64,000 nt of DNA from Sporopachydermia quercuum (taxonomy: Eukaryota), in NCBI GenBank assembly GCA_001599295.1, contig BCGN01000009.1, positions 372,001-436,000 of the forward strand, in the 5' to 3' direction. The notes beneath the pieces are model-generated. The model saw only the letters and a program-made list of their open reading frames with translations, had not been told where the DNA came from and did no database searches. A program made the position numbers and the translations under genes. Shown piece after piece: positions 1-10,949 of this stretch. Position 1 is the stretch's first letter; each line of letters starts with the position of its first letter.

Positions 1-1018
1 CCTATCCCTCAACATGTTGCTTTGGTTATGGATGGCAATAGGACATACGCAAAAAAGAACAATCTCCCATTAAAAGGAGGACATTCTGCTGGGGCAGATT
101 CTCTTTCTTATATACTGGAGATTAGTTTCCGACTGGGTATAGAATGCATTACTGTTTATGCTTTCTCCATTGAGAACTTCAATAGATCTAAGCTTGAGGT
201 TGATACGTTGTTTGATCTGCTGAGATCTAAGATTATTACATTAGCTGATGAGGAGTAAGTACTATTAGACATCAAGTATTTGCATGAGCAACCAAAGGTA
301 GGCATTCCCTTTAGGTTACTGAAGAACTAAAATAACGACGTGTTCTAACATTTCCTTTGTAGCCAAGTACTAAAACAGTTTAATGTCAAACTCCAAGTCT
401 TAGGCGATCGGTCCCTTCTGCCTACTGATATTTTTGAAGCCGTTGAAAGAGCTGAAAGAATAACAGCATCAAATACAGGGTAAGCACTCCAAGAGAACAA
501 TTAGTACTTTGAATTCTTTTCTTACTAACCACTTATATAGGCACACTCTCAATATCTGCTTCCCTTATACCTCTAGAGAAGAAATAACAAGAGCCATCAG
601 AACTACTCTAGAGGATGTAGATAAAGGTGTTATCGAGAAAGATGATATCGATATGAGTACCTTGAACAACCATATGTACACGAAAGGATCGCCACCATTA
701 GATATAATGGTCAGAACAAGCGGACACACAAGATTCAGTGATTTNATGCTTTGGCAAAGCGATGAAGATTGCACAATTGAATTTGTCAATACCTTATGGC
801 CAGAGTTTAGATTTTGGAGCTATTCCAAGATTCTTATCAAATGGGGTTATTATAGAACCCTAGAGTTACTGTAAGCCCTTTTGTCATTGAGAATCTATTT
901 TGTTTTCAACTTACACGATTTATTGTACTGACTATGAATGCTAACGATTAATAGTGAAGCTGAAAAGATGCAAATAAAGAGGCCTGATTTACCCCAAAAC
1001 ATGAAAGCCGAGTCATAG
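1..1018 (+). CDS. RER2: cis-prenyltransferase (dehydrodolichyl diphosphate synthase, RER2/SRT1 family), 5' end outside the window; exons <1-254, 363-479, 541-870, 955-1018
   Basis: Motifs PQHVALVMDGNR, TVYAFSIENFNR, LNICFPYTSREEI and DIMVRTSGHTRFSDxMLWQ. Three GT(AAG)-CTAAC-AG introns (255-362, 480-540, 871-954) join the pieces in frame. RER2 versus SRT1 paralog is not resolved, and the last exon is less certain. Confidence 0.88.
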
Positions 1019-1074
1019 GATTAACTGATCATTAATATATACTTAATTTGATCTATGATTGAATTCTATTGTGT

Positions 1075-1920
1075 TCATTCAATTTTCTCTGATGCTCGCT
1101 TTATTGGCTTTCGTTTAAACTCTGTTGTGGAAATGACTTTCTTCTTTTCCTTCTTTGTCCTTTCTTTTACCTTCGCTTCGTCGATTCTTCTTAGATAGCC
1201 GCTGAATACAACAACTTCTGCTATTACTACNAATATAGTAGAAAATAAAACTAATAATACTCGAGCTGCAGGTGACCAGTTACCTGCACTTGAAGCGCTC
1301 CAGTACCATACGGCATACGCAACAGATCCCGCTGAAACTAAAATATTCACAATAGTTGTTAACTGGTGCCGTAGTTCTTTGGCCATTTGAGACGGCGTCA
1401 ATTCCTCTTCCGGCGTCATTGTGTCATAATTAAATCCATTTCCATTTACCATAAATTTAGACACATTGGGAATAGGTGTATCTTTGATCATTTCTTCGTA
1501 TTGTCTTTCTAAATCTGCATTACGCAGTTTCTTCATTAGTTTTTCAAACTCGGGGGTTTTCTTTTGTTTCTGTACTTTTTCCTTTTGCTTGTATTGAAGA
1601 TATGTTTCCATAATAATTTCTGCGCCTTTTAGCAGTTGCTTCAAAGAGTACTTTTCCGCACTATCGAGATCACCAGTACGAAGAACTTTTGATATTGTAG
1701 TTAGTTGAGGTATCGATAAAATCTGTTTCGATATCTCAGACACTGACTTCTCGGCTTCTTCTGAAAAGGAATCAAACTCATCCCCTTTTTCAGTTCGATT
1801 TTCTTGAATAATTATAGTTCTAACGATTATTTCATCACCAAGCCGAGGACTAGCTTTGACAATACTGTTGTAAAGCTCAAGAGCTGACTGTATTCTCTTC
1901 TTCACTACTATGTTGACCAT
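1075..1920 (-). CDS. VPH2: ER V-ATPase assembly factor Vma12/Vph2 (TMEM199 family)
   Basis: 281 aa; LERQYEEMI followed by two C-terminal TM segments (QLTTIVNILVSAGSVAYAVWYW; RVLLVLFSTIxVVIAEVVVFSGY) and a basic tail. Confidence 0.8.
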   Translation of the reverse strand: MVNIVVKKRIQSALELYNSIVKASPRLGDEIIVRTIIIQENRTEKGDEFDSFSEEAEKSVSEISKQILSIPQLTTISKVLRTGDLDSAEKYSLKQLLKGAEIIMETYLQYKQKEKVQKQKKTPEFEKLMKKLRNADLERQYEEMIKDTPIPNVSKFMVNGNGFNYDTMTPEEELTPSQMAKELRHQLTTIVNILVSAGSVAYAVWYWSASSAGNWSPAARVLLVLFSTIXVVIAEVVVFSGYLRRIDEAKVKERTKKEKKKVISTTEFKRKPIKRASEKIE

Positions 1921-2910
1921 GTTTGTAGGATACTAGCTTTATTTCAGGGTTATGTTCGATCAGATAGATGGCAATTGCTTCATTGAAAATCAGCCATCAT
2001 AATAATATTTTGTTGTACAGGCAGAATTTAATATTTTTGAATGGCTTCTGGAGAGGACAATTAATAACTTTTGAATCACATATTCTGACAATTGAACAGT
2101 TTGGAAATACAAATAAAGTTCTGATGCTGCAGCAAACATGCATAAAATCCAACTTCAAGTGGTAATGGGGAATAAAGAGAAGAGGGTATACGATTATGTC
2201 GCTATATTTTACTCATTATATAGAGCATGAACTAGGTCTTTGAAAGGACTAATTACGAGATACGTTATAATTATTGAGGTACTGTCTAATAGGGCAAGAT
2301 GATAATACTTTGAGCCACAAATCCTCCATTCTCATTAGGCTTATACTCCGAATGACTGAGCAACATTGAGTATCGTTTGTTCTTGTTCCAGATTTCCAAA
2401 CCATTTAAAGTGCAGGTAATGAATGCATGGTGGTGCATAAAAAGATCCAGTGGTAGAATTGAATCAGGTAAACCAGATTAGCATGCAAAGCAGATTAAAT
2501 ACCAAAGTAGAGATCAAAATGACAATTGATTCTTAAATGATTATATACCTTTCTCTTAATCCTTAAAATATAGTTTACAATCTGTATTTATCCTACTATT
2601 CGACTTACATAATATTCTTCATATTCATGCATCTTCTACATTTACCAGCATATCACATTAAACTGTCTAAAGCAGGGTAACTTTCTTCTCTGTTTGGATT
2701 TTTCAGACTGTCAGAAGAAACTACAGTTTTTCGACCACATTACAAATAAAATCAATCATTCTCACCGCCTTTCGAAGTGTTGATACTAATTTAGTCTCTG
2801 CTTCCTGCCGAAAGTCCAATATTGAATCCCTTTTCATCGACTAAAACCCTATTCAAGGCGTTAATCAATAAGAGCCTTGTTTGACACTGCTTTAGAGCAC
2901 TTTCTCAACA

Positions 2911-3738
2911 ATGTTTCTCAGAAGTGTCTCCAGAACGCAAGTTCGACTGACTAGCCAGAAGTCAGTAGTTTCAACTCTTTCCAAAACTTCAACTTACAAG
3001 ATCGTCAGTGTTAGATACTTCAATCAATCACAAAAGATAGAGGACTTCAGGTCATGGTTTAAACAGCTTTCAAGCTTGAAAAAAGCCAAAGAAGAATCTG
3101 CAGCAGAACCAGAAGTATCCAGTAGAGAACTTATGCATAAACTTGAAGGTACATCATCAAAAGACGAAGAAGCTTTAGATCTCGTGAAGAGTTCTTCGTC
3201 GGAAATCAAGAATGGTCAAGTTACTCAATTACCTATCATAGGACATGTTCCGAAACCCAAAAAGCGTACTATTGCTGACATAGATTTTGATATCAGGAGT
3301 TGGAAGAATGATACGCCTGTAGATAGCATGGCTCAAGTGGATATTATACTATATAGTGCTTATCAGCAAATAATCAGAGGGGTTCCCGAGACAGAAATAC
3401 AATCAGGGACTCAATCAACCGAAAATGAACAATTGGTTTCTCCTGAAGAGTTAGACTATACTTTTGAAAATTTTGACACATTCTTCAACCTTGTTAAGGA
3501 GGTTCAAAAAGCATCAGGTGTAACTATCCCTGATTTGGAAATAACTAAGATGAAAAAGTTTAAAGACTTGAGAAATTACTTTCTTTACAAGGTTATTCGC
3601 GGACCTCATTTCGATGAAAGACAACCTGATGCTGTTTATCTTGACCCTAGTGAATTCGAAGGAACAAATGTTTGTATAGTTCCAGAGAGGAAGAAGGGTG
3701 CTTTCAGAAAGTTGTATAAAGAAGCTCTAAATGCTTGA
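2911..3738 (+). CDS. MRPL13: probable mitochondrial large-subunit ribosomal protein mL50
   Basis: Ser/Arg/Thr-rich, acid-free N-terminal presequence; C-terminal FNLVKEVQKASGVTIPDLEITKMKKFKDLRNYF resembles the mL50 domain. Confidence 0.6.
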   Translation: MFLRSVSRTQVRLTSQKSVVSTLSKTSTYKIVSVRYFNQSQKIEDFRSWFKQLSSLKKAKEESAAEPEVSSRELMHKLEGTSSKDEEALDLVKSSSSEIKNGQVTQLPIIGHVPKPKKRTIADIDFDIRSWKNDTPVDSMAQVDIILYSAYQQIIRGVPETEIQSGTQSTENEQLVSPEELDYTFENFDTFFNLVKEVQKASGVTIPDLEITKMKKFKDLRNYFLYKVIRGPHFDERQPDAVYLDPSEFEGTNVCIVPERKKGAFRKLYKEALNA

Positions 3739-4052
3739 ATTGGGTTTTGGTAGATTTTCTAGCATGATTCCATACTAACTTGTATATATAAATATATAAA
3801 ACTCATGAAGACATTTATAACTAACCTAGTTTTACAGATTAACTTANTATCAAAAACTTAAGCATTTCCATTTAATTTATGTGTAGTAAATATTGAGTCC
3901 ATTACATCAATCCAAATTATCATTTTTAGCCAGTTGTTTATATAGGGGAATTGAGAGGGATATTTACTCTTTGAAAGTTTGATTTTGTGATCAAACTTGT
4001 TTCAAACATCTATCTATCCTCTGCCTCATGATCTCTAACAATCATGACTTCC

Positions 4053-6284
4053 TTACAAAAGCTTGGTAATCTTACCAATAGCAATCGTTTGACCTTGATC
4101 TCTTAAAGTAAATCTACCCAATTGAGGATAATCTTCATATCTTTCAACACAAACAGGAGAATTTGTTTCCAAAACAGCAATAATCTTCATACCCTTCTTT
4201 GCAAATGCAGGAGGTTTCTTAGATTTTCTATTAGTACCTTTTTCTAATTTATGTAATAAAGAGACAAACTGAACTTCTTCGATGGCTGTGTGGACGTGCA
4301 TAACACAAGAAAAACCAGTTGATAAAATGGACTTTAATTCAACGATAGCAACTTGGGCCTCAAATTTTGTGACAGTATTAACAGGATGAGAAATACTTGA
4401 CAGAACAAAACCATTGGAAATATCTTCCTCTTCAATACCTTTCAGTTTCATTCTAACTTGTTCACCACTAAATGCCTGATTAACCTCAGCTTCCGTTTCG
4501 TTGAAAAGTTGTAGTACTTCAACGTTGACTCTGTTAGGCATACATAAAAGACTATTACCTTTCTTTACATGGCCAGATTCGATCTTTCCTTCAACAATAG
4601 TACCCATATCACGCATTTTACCACTAATAGGAAGCATGAAAGGAGCATTGATTTTTCTATCTTCAGGCTTGAGGTTATCAAGGTATTCCAATAAAGAAGG
4701 TCCNTGATACCAGGGGCAAACATTCTCTGGAACTCTGTCTTTCAAACCAGCACCAGTATAACCAGATACAGGCATGAAAGTAACATCAGTCTTCAAGTTA
4801 TAACCAGTAGCTTTCAAGTAATTAGCTAACTTCGAAGTACANTCATCATATCTTTCCTTTGACCATTCAACAGTAGGATCATCCATTTTATTAACCACCA
4901 CAATTAATTTATTCACACCTTGAGTCTTTGCTAACAAAGCATGTTCACGAGTTTGACCACCCTTTTCAAACCCAGTTTCGTATTCACCCTTCCTTGCAGA
5001 TATGACTAAAATACCGACATCAGCTTGGGAAGCACCACCAATCATTTCAGAAACGTACATTTTATGTCCAGGAGCGTCCAAAATTGTGTACCTTCTCTTT
5101 TCAGTTTCAAAATATGCTTTACCGACTTCAATTGTTTTACCGTCGTTACGTTCTTCTTTGTTAGTATCCATAACCCATGAAAGATACCAACCTTGTCTAC
5201 CAGCATCTTTGGCTTCTCTCTCATACTTATCAACAGTACGCTTATCGACAGCACCAGTTAAGTAAAGAATGTTACCTCCCATAGTTGATTTACCGGCATC
5301 TACGTGGCCCATGAAGATGATAGAAATGTGATCTTTTCCTCCAAACATATCGTTGACAACTTCTTCGTCAATTTCTTCTTCTTGTTCTTTTACCAAAGCA
5401 TCAGAAGTTTGTTTGACAAGCTCAGAAGTTCCACTATTTCCACTTGCTTTGGACGAAGCAGGCTCTGCCGGTTTTATTTCTTCTTTACCTGGAACAGCAG
5501 GAACGGCAGGAGTCGGGGTAGATTCTGATCCGTCTTCAGTTTCAGGTTTGCTCTCCCCAGCAGCAGGGGCCTCAACAGGACTTTCTTTTTCTTCCTTAGC
5601 AGTCTCTAGTACTGGCTCCTCTTTCTTTGTTTCTTCCTTCGCTTCTTCCTTTGTTTCAGCGGGCTTCTTAGCGTTACCAATCTTAATGCCAGAACTACTT
5701 CCAATCTTTATGCCGGAACTATTACCAATCTTGATGCCAGAAGAGCTTGCAATCTTTAAAGCAGGCTTAGGTTGAGCTGATGTTGAAGCACTCTTCTTGT
5801 AATCTTCCAAAGTCATAGCTTTTCCCTCTGGTTGATTGTCTTGGGAATCATTGTTGTAACTGTTATAATCATTGTATCCTTTGTTATTGTTGTTCCTATA
5901 ACCACCGCGGTTATTGCTATAGTTGCCTCTATAATTACCTCTGTTATTGTAGTTGTTGTTATAGTTGTTGTTGTTGCTGTTGTAGTTGTTATATCCAGTC
6001 TGCTGCCCTTGTTGGTAGCCACCGGCAGCATATTGGTTGTATTGATTATTATTGTATCCACCTTGTTGACCTTGGTATCCTCCAGCAGTATACTGATTGT
6101 ACTGGCCTTGATTATTATATTGCGCTTGGTATCCACCAGTATTATAACCTGCTCCACCTGGAACAAATGGTTGGGCATTACCAACATTCCATTGTCGCTG
6201 ATCTCTTTGATCACCAGAGCTAATATTAGCTTGGTTCTTCAAATCATCTGCCAATTGGTTGGGGTTGTACTGATTGCTAGACAT
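4053..6284 (-). CDS. SUP35: translation termination factor eRF3 (Sup35) with Q/N-rich N domain, charged M domain and GTPase C domain
   Basis: GHVDAGKST, DAPGHKMYV, NKMDD, RFTLRDQGQTIAIGKI; ATG at 6284 (MSSNQYN). Confidence 0.98.
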   Translation of the reverse strand: MSSNQYNPNQLADDLKNQANISSGDQRDQRQWNVGNAQPFVPGGAGYNTGGYQAQYNNQGQYNQYTAGGYQGQQGGYNNNQYNQYAAGGYQQGQQTGYNNYNSNNNNYNNNYNNRGNYRGNYSNNRGGYRNNNNKGYNDYNSYNNDSQDNQPEGKAMTLEDYKKSASTSAQPKPALKIASSSGIKIGNSSGIKIGSSSGIKIGNAKKPAETKEEAKEETKKEEPVLETAKEEKESPVEAPAAGESKPETEDGSESTPTPAVPAVPGKEEIKPAEPASSKASGNSGTSELVKQTSDALVKEQEEEIDEEVVNDMFGGKDHISIIFMGHVDAGKSTMGGNILYLTGAVDKRTVDKYEREAKDAGRQGWYLSWVMDTNKEERNDGKTIEVGKAYFETEKRRYTILDAPGHKMYVSEMIGGASQADVGILVISARKGEYETGFEKGGQTREHALLAKTQGVNKLIVVVNKMDDPTVEWSKERYDXCTSKLANYLKATGYNLKTDVTFMPVSGYTGAGLKDRVPENVCPWYXGPSLLEYLDNLKPEDRKINAPFMLPISGKMRDMGTIVEGKIESGHVKKGNSLLCMPNRVNVEVLQLFNETEAEVNQAFSGEQVRMKLKGIEEEDISNGFVLSSISHPVNTVTKFEAQVAIVELKSILSTGFSCVMHVHTAIEEVQFVSLLHKLEKGTNRKSKKPPAFAKKGMKIIAVLETNSPVCVERYEDYPQLGRFTLRDQGQTIAIGKITKLL

Positions 6285-6500
6285 GATGTATTTCAATGGT
6301 ACTACCAACTGATTTACTTACTATTCCAAAAATTCCTTGATGTCTCTATTAGCAATACTAATAGTTCAATACCAAATACAATATTACAGACGAAATTTAC
6401 TACAGAAGTAAATACTAGAGAGTTGTCAACTGTAAAAATTACCCAGGTACAGATGTTCTTCTTTCCTCATATTTGATCACCATAAAAGTTTTTCTTTCTC

Positions 6501-6509
6501 AATTTTTCA
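6501..6509 (-). promoter_or_regulatory. RRPE-like element (TGAAAAATT) upstream of SUP35
   Basis: AATTTTTCA on the + strand about 220 bp upstream of the SUP35 ATG; short AT-rich motif that could arise by chance. Confidence 0.35.
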
Positions 6510-7606
6510 AGTAACCTAGAGTCTCCATTCATCACAACTTAAATATGTAAGGGTGTTAGGCTTTTTGCTTATGTAATCTAATATAATTTACCAATTATGA
6601 TTATGTAATATTTAATTTCGGTCTGGCTCCGCCTTTCGTGCGTCGAATGATGATTCAATTGGGGGTGGGGCTAGCAATGCTGGAACAGCAAATAATGCTA
6701 TGTTCCCTGTTTATCTTTTGGCTTCCCCATTAAAAAGTAAGTTTATGGAATGGTACTTGTCTTGAGTAGTTGAGATGCAATATAAAGCAACAGTTTCTGC
6801 TTTCCAGTTTGATTTCCATCAGGGCATCAGTAAAGATTAGGAGGATCGTTTTATTTATATAACTGACGTCCCAAAAGATCATGNATATTGTTCATTGATT
6901 ACTTTTTATATAAGTGAGGATATTTATTATGACAAGTAGTTATCGAATTGGCTTGATTAAACAGATAGTTGGATATTAGACGATGTTATGGGAACGAAAT
7001 GACACGAATGTCACAGTTTCCGCTTATCCGAGTCTTGATATAGGTCGCAACGGTTACTTCATGACATGACAACTTGACAATAGGAAGCGTCTTCATTGAC
7101 CATAGAAAGATATCAGAGATTGAGACCTATTTATTAAAGTATTCAATTGTATGATATTAGAAAAGAGCAGATTGTTTAGGTAAATATATTGATATTGAGG
7201 AGCAATAAGGAGGGCATAATAATATTGGTTTATCATGTTGAAATTAAAAACATCCTTTTTGGAAGTTCTCTTAAGTAGTAGTATGATTCAACAGTTTTGT
7301 TGTGTATATATTGTAGATTAAATTTCCATAGTATTGATCATGAATCCATATTCTCGATGACTTATTCCCTTATCAAAAAGAACACATATATGAGCTATAG
7401 TGATCTGTACCGGATTATCAGTTGCTTGGTAAGCTACCAGTCATCCGAAAGCCAAGCTCAGGTATCTAAGCTGTCTTTACTGCTTTGTAAGAATCCATCC
7501 ATACTGCTTAATAAGAAATGAGATATGAAATGAAAGTTGTCTTCCACCCTCACAACTTGATCAAACCAACCCAATGAATATATTTAACATCAATAAACAA
7601 TAAATC

Positions 7607-7636
7607 AGAAAGAGAAAGAGAAAGAGAAAGAGAAAG
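7607..7636. repeat. (AGAAAG)5 microsatellite
   Basis: Five perfect hexamer copies in the SUP35-YAT1 divergent intergenic region. Confidence 0.9.
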
Positions 7637-7686
7637 AATGATAGCTCTTTTCATTCAAATGTAACAGGGATTGATTCACACATTTT

Positions 7687-7785
7687 CTCCAGATTTTTTC
7701 TCAAGTGCATTTCAGGAAGAAAGAATAAATTATGCATTACTGACAAACTTTTGTCAGCTCCGTTCCTAAAGTTCCCCAGATTTTT
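7687..7785 (-). promoter_or_regulatory. two Mig1/CreA-type glucose-repression sites upstream of YAT1
   Basis: CTCCAGATTTTT (7687-7698) and CCCCAGATTTTT (7774-7785), i.e. AT-box plus SYGGRG on the minus strand. Confidence 0.5.
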
Positions 7786-8183
7786 GTCACACTTATCTCC
7801 GACTGACTTCGAATCACAAAGTTTATTGCTTCCATCTATCCATTATTCGACTTTTCTGTAGATGACTGAAGCTAATTGGTGACATTCTTGTGTCTTTTCC
7901 TTCTACCCATATAATGGAATGAAGAAGGAAAATGTCTATATAAGAATGAATGTATCCTTAGTTGATAGCTTGTTGATATTAAGTTGAAGAAAGGAAAGTC
8001 CTTGGGTTTATTCTGATCTTGGTTTCTCTCTCTTCTGTTCTTTCATATATAAATTATATCAGTCATATTTTGCTACCGAGTGATCACTGAGACTATTTAC
8101 CAAGTTATTCAGTTCTAGGATAAAAGATATAGAAGATCAAGCATTATTTTNACAAGTAGGACTAGATCGTCACACATAACACA

Positions 8184-10526
8184 ATGACAGGTATCACATT
8201 TCAATACCAGGATCAAATTCCTAAACTTCCTATTCCACCATTAGAAGATACCTGCAAGAATTATCTCAGTGTCTTGAAACCGCTGCAAACAGAGGCTGAA
8301 TATGCTGAGACAGAAGAAGCAGTAAAGAAATTCTTAGAAACATCGGGACCTGTGCTACATAAAGAGTTGATCAAGTATGCGGAAACAAGATCAAGCTACA
8401 TTGAACAATTTTGGTATGATTCCTATCTCAATTACGATTCACCAGTGGTGCTCAACTTGAATCCTTTCTTCTTGTTAGAAGATGATCCAACACCAGCCCA
8501 AGCATCTCAAGTAAAGAGAGCTGCTGCTTTGACTACTTCTTCTTTGAGATTTATTAGGGCTTTAAGAAGAGAGGAATTGCCTCCTGACATGATTAGGGGC
8601 AAACCCTTATGTATGTACCAATACTCAAGATTGTTTGGTAGTTCCAGAATTCCCACAAGTACAGGATGTGTGATGCAGTCAGATACTACTGCTAGACATA
8701 TTGTCGTCTTGTGTCATTCTCAATTTTACTGGTTTGATGTTTTGGATGATAATAATGATTTAATCATGACGGAAAAGGACTTGGCATTAAACTTCCAAAC
8801 GATTATTGATGATGCTATTAAGACACCAATTTCCGAAGCTGCTAAAAATGCTTTTGGAGTACTTACAACTGAAAACAGAAGAGTCTGGGCCTCTATCAGA
8901 GACAACTTAACTAAAGAAGAGGATACCATTAACTGTGAAAATGTTAAGGTGATTGATTCTGCTTTATTTGTAGTGTGTCTTGATCATATTAGTCTTGAAT
9001 CATTACCTGAATTAGCAAGAAACATGCTTTGCGGAAGCTCTGATTTACTACAAGGTGTGCAAGTAGGTACTTGTACCAATAGATGGTACGACAAACTTCA
9101 AATTATTGTAACAAAGAATGCTAGAGCTGGTATCAATTTCGAACATACTGGTGTTGACGGTCATACTGTGTTAAGATATGTCTCTGATGTGTATACAGAT
9201 TCGATTCTGAGATTTGCCAAAGCTATTAATGGTAAATCACCTTCTTTATGGGCATCTGTTTCACCAGATCCATCCAAAAGAGATCCTAACTCTTTTGGTG
9301 ATGTTTCAACTACTCCTAGGAAATTGGAATTTGATATGACTTCGGAACTTTTATTGACTCTTCGTTTTGCTGAAACTAGATTGGCAGATTTGATTCAACA
9401 GAATGAATTTGAATGCTTGGAATTTCAATCTTACGGTATGAATTACATCAAGCAAATGGGTTTCTCTCCTGATGCTTTTGTTCAAATGGGGTTCCAAGCA
9501 GCTTATTATGCTTTGTATGGTAAAGTTGAATCTACATACGAACCTGCTATGACAAAGGCTTTTCTTCATGGTAGAACTGAAGCTATTAGATCAGTTTCCG
9601 AAGAATCTTTGGCATTTGTTCGTAAATTCTGTGAAGACGCACCTGCTTCTGATAAGATGGAGTTTTTGAAGAAAGCATGTGAAAAGCATACCGAGCGTAC
9701 TAGAAAATGTTCTGCTGGTTTAGGACAAGATAGACATCTCTATGCTTTATTTTGTATTTGGAAGCGATACTTGGACCTAGGAAGTGAGGATGTTTCTAGT
9801 GGAGTAAGCTCTGATACTGATACTGATTCGGAAGATGAATCTGGTTCAGGATCAAAGAGTGCTACTGGGGCCAATGGAAATGCTAATGGTAAGCAGTTGA
9901 TTTCCCCTGATATTATACCACCTATTTTTGATGATCCTGGTTGGGACAAAATAAATAATACGATGCTTTCTACCTCTAACTGTGGTAATCCTTCATTAAG
10001 GCTATTTGGGTTTGGTCCTACTTCTTCTGAAGGTTTTGGGTTAGGATATATCATCAAAGAAGACTCAATCACTGTATGTGCATCTTCTAAGCATAGACAA
10101 ACTAAGAGATATTTGGATACCTTGAGTAACTATTACGTATCTATTAGGCAAATGTATCGTGAATCACAACCAAAGAAACCTTCACTTGGTACTACTAGAG
10201 CCAGATCTCATGAGAGATCTATTCCTCAGTATGCTCCATCCAGTAATGGTGCTGCAAGTCCTAGTAGTATTCCATTGACGCCAAGTGTTACCCGAGTTCA
10301 TGGTGAAAGATTGGGTAGAACTGTCAGTGCAGTTGAAACTAATAACTCTTCTCAGAAAAAGGAAGAAAAGGATGCTTTGAACTACCTACTTGGTGGTTAT
10401 GGTTACTTTGATGTTGGTGATAGTGAAATCAGATCTAGAGGTCCATCTCCAGATCCACCTTATGGTAGACGTGCAAGCCTTTCTAGAAAAGAGATTGGTC
10501 GTAAATTACGTCTTGCGGAATATTAG
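8184..10526 (+). CDS. YAT1: carnitine O-acetyltransferase, Yat1 type
   Basis: LPKLPIPPLEDTC-like N-terminus, NRWYDKLQIIV, catalytic FEHTGVDGH, TYEPAMTKAFLHGRTE, LSTSNCGNPSLRLFGFGP. Confidence 0.93.
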   Translation: MTGITFQYQDQIPKLPIPPLEDTCKNYLSVLKPLQTEAEYAETEEAVKKFLETSGPVLHKELIKYAETRSSYIEQFWYDSYLNYDSPVVLNLNPFFLLEDDPTPAQASQVKRAAALTTSSLRFIRALRREELPPDMIRGKPLCMYQYSRLFGSSRIPTSTGCVMQSDTTARHIVVLCHSQFYWFDVLDDNNDLIMTEKDLALNFQTIIDDAIKTPISEAAKNAFGVLTTENRRVWASIRDNLTKEEDTINCENVKVIDSALFVVCLDHISLESLPELARNMLCGSSDLLQGVQVGTCTNRWYDKLQIIVTKNARAGINFEHTGVDGHTVLRYVSDVYTDSILRFAKAINGKSPSLWASVSPDPSKRDPNSFGDVSTTPRKLEFDMTSELLLTLRFAETRLADLIQQNEFECLEFQSYGMNYIKQMGFSPDAFVQMGFQAAYYALYGKVESTYEPAMTKAFLHGRTEAIRSVSEESLAFVRKFCEDAPASDKMEFLKKACEKHTERTRKCSAGLGQDRHLYALFCIWKRYLDLGSEDVSSGVSSDTDTDSEDESGSGSKSATGANGNANGKQLISPDIIPPIFDDPGWDKINNTMLSTSNCGNPSLRLFGFGPTSSEGFGLGYIIKEDSITVCASSKHRQTKRYLDTLSNYYVSIRQMYRESQPKKPSLGTTRARSHERSIPQYAPSSNGAASPSSIPLTPSVTRVHGERLGRTVSAVETNNSSQKKEEKDALNYLLGGYGYFDVGDSEIRSRGPSPDPPYGRRASLSRKEIGRKLRLAEY

Positions 10527-10712
10527 GTATATTATATTATAGTGTCATATAAAGGAAATTCGCAATAGATTTTGTGTAGACTGTTCATTTGCTTAGCCAA
10601 TGAATGTAGATACGAGAATATTGATGAGCTTGATAATATTTGCGGATAACGTAATCGACCACGAATATGTATGTTCTTATTGATTAAGTTTGTCTGAACT
10701 TTAATTATTTTC

Positions 10713-10728
10713 TTACCCCTTCGGGTAA
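10713..10728. promoter_or_regulatory. Reb1-type site (CGGGTAA) within a short inverted repeat TTACCC-cttc-GGGTAA
   Basis: Exact TTACCCG on the minus strand at 10722-10728, between the YAT1 3' end and the EFM2 start. Confidence 0.35.
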
Positions 10729-10949
10729 ACCTACCTACCTAAGTTTAAGTTTCAACCGTTTTTTCGCTAGGTTCGAGAACGATTTGCTCACGGTTCTGAT
10801 TGATGTACTATTGTATAAAATTATATTAGGAGGTAGCTAGGAAGATAGCTTTTACTTCATCCCTCAAGGTGCCCAAGCATCTGACTCAATGTACGATTTC
10901 AAGTTCTCCAGTGTCAAAACTATTGNTACTGGGCTTATCTGATAGCACT

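Noticed and set aside
5304..6476. Long alternative-frame and antisense ORFs over SUP35
   Set aside because: Shadows of the low-complexity N and M domains.
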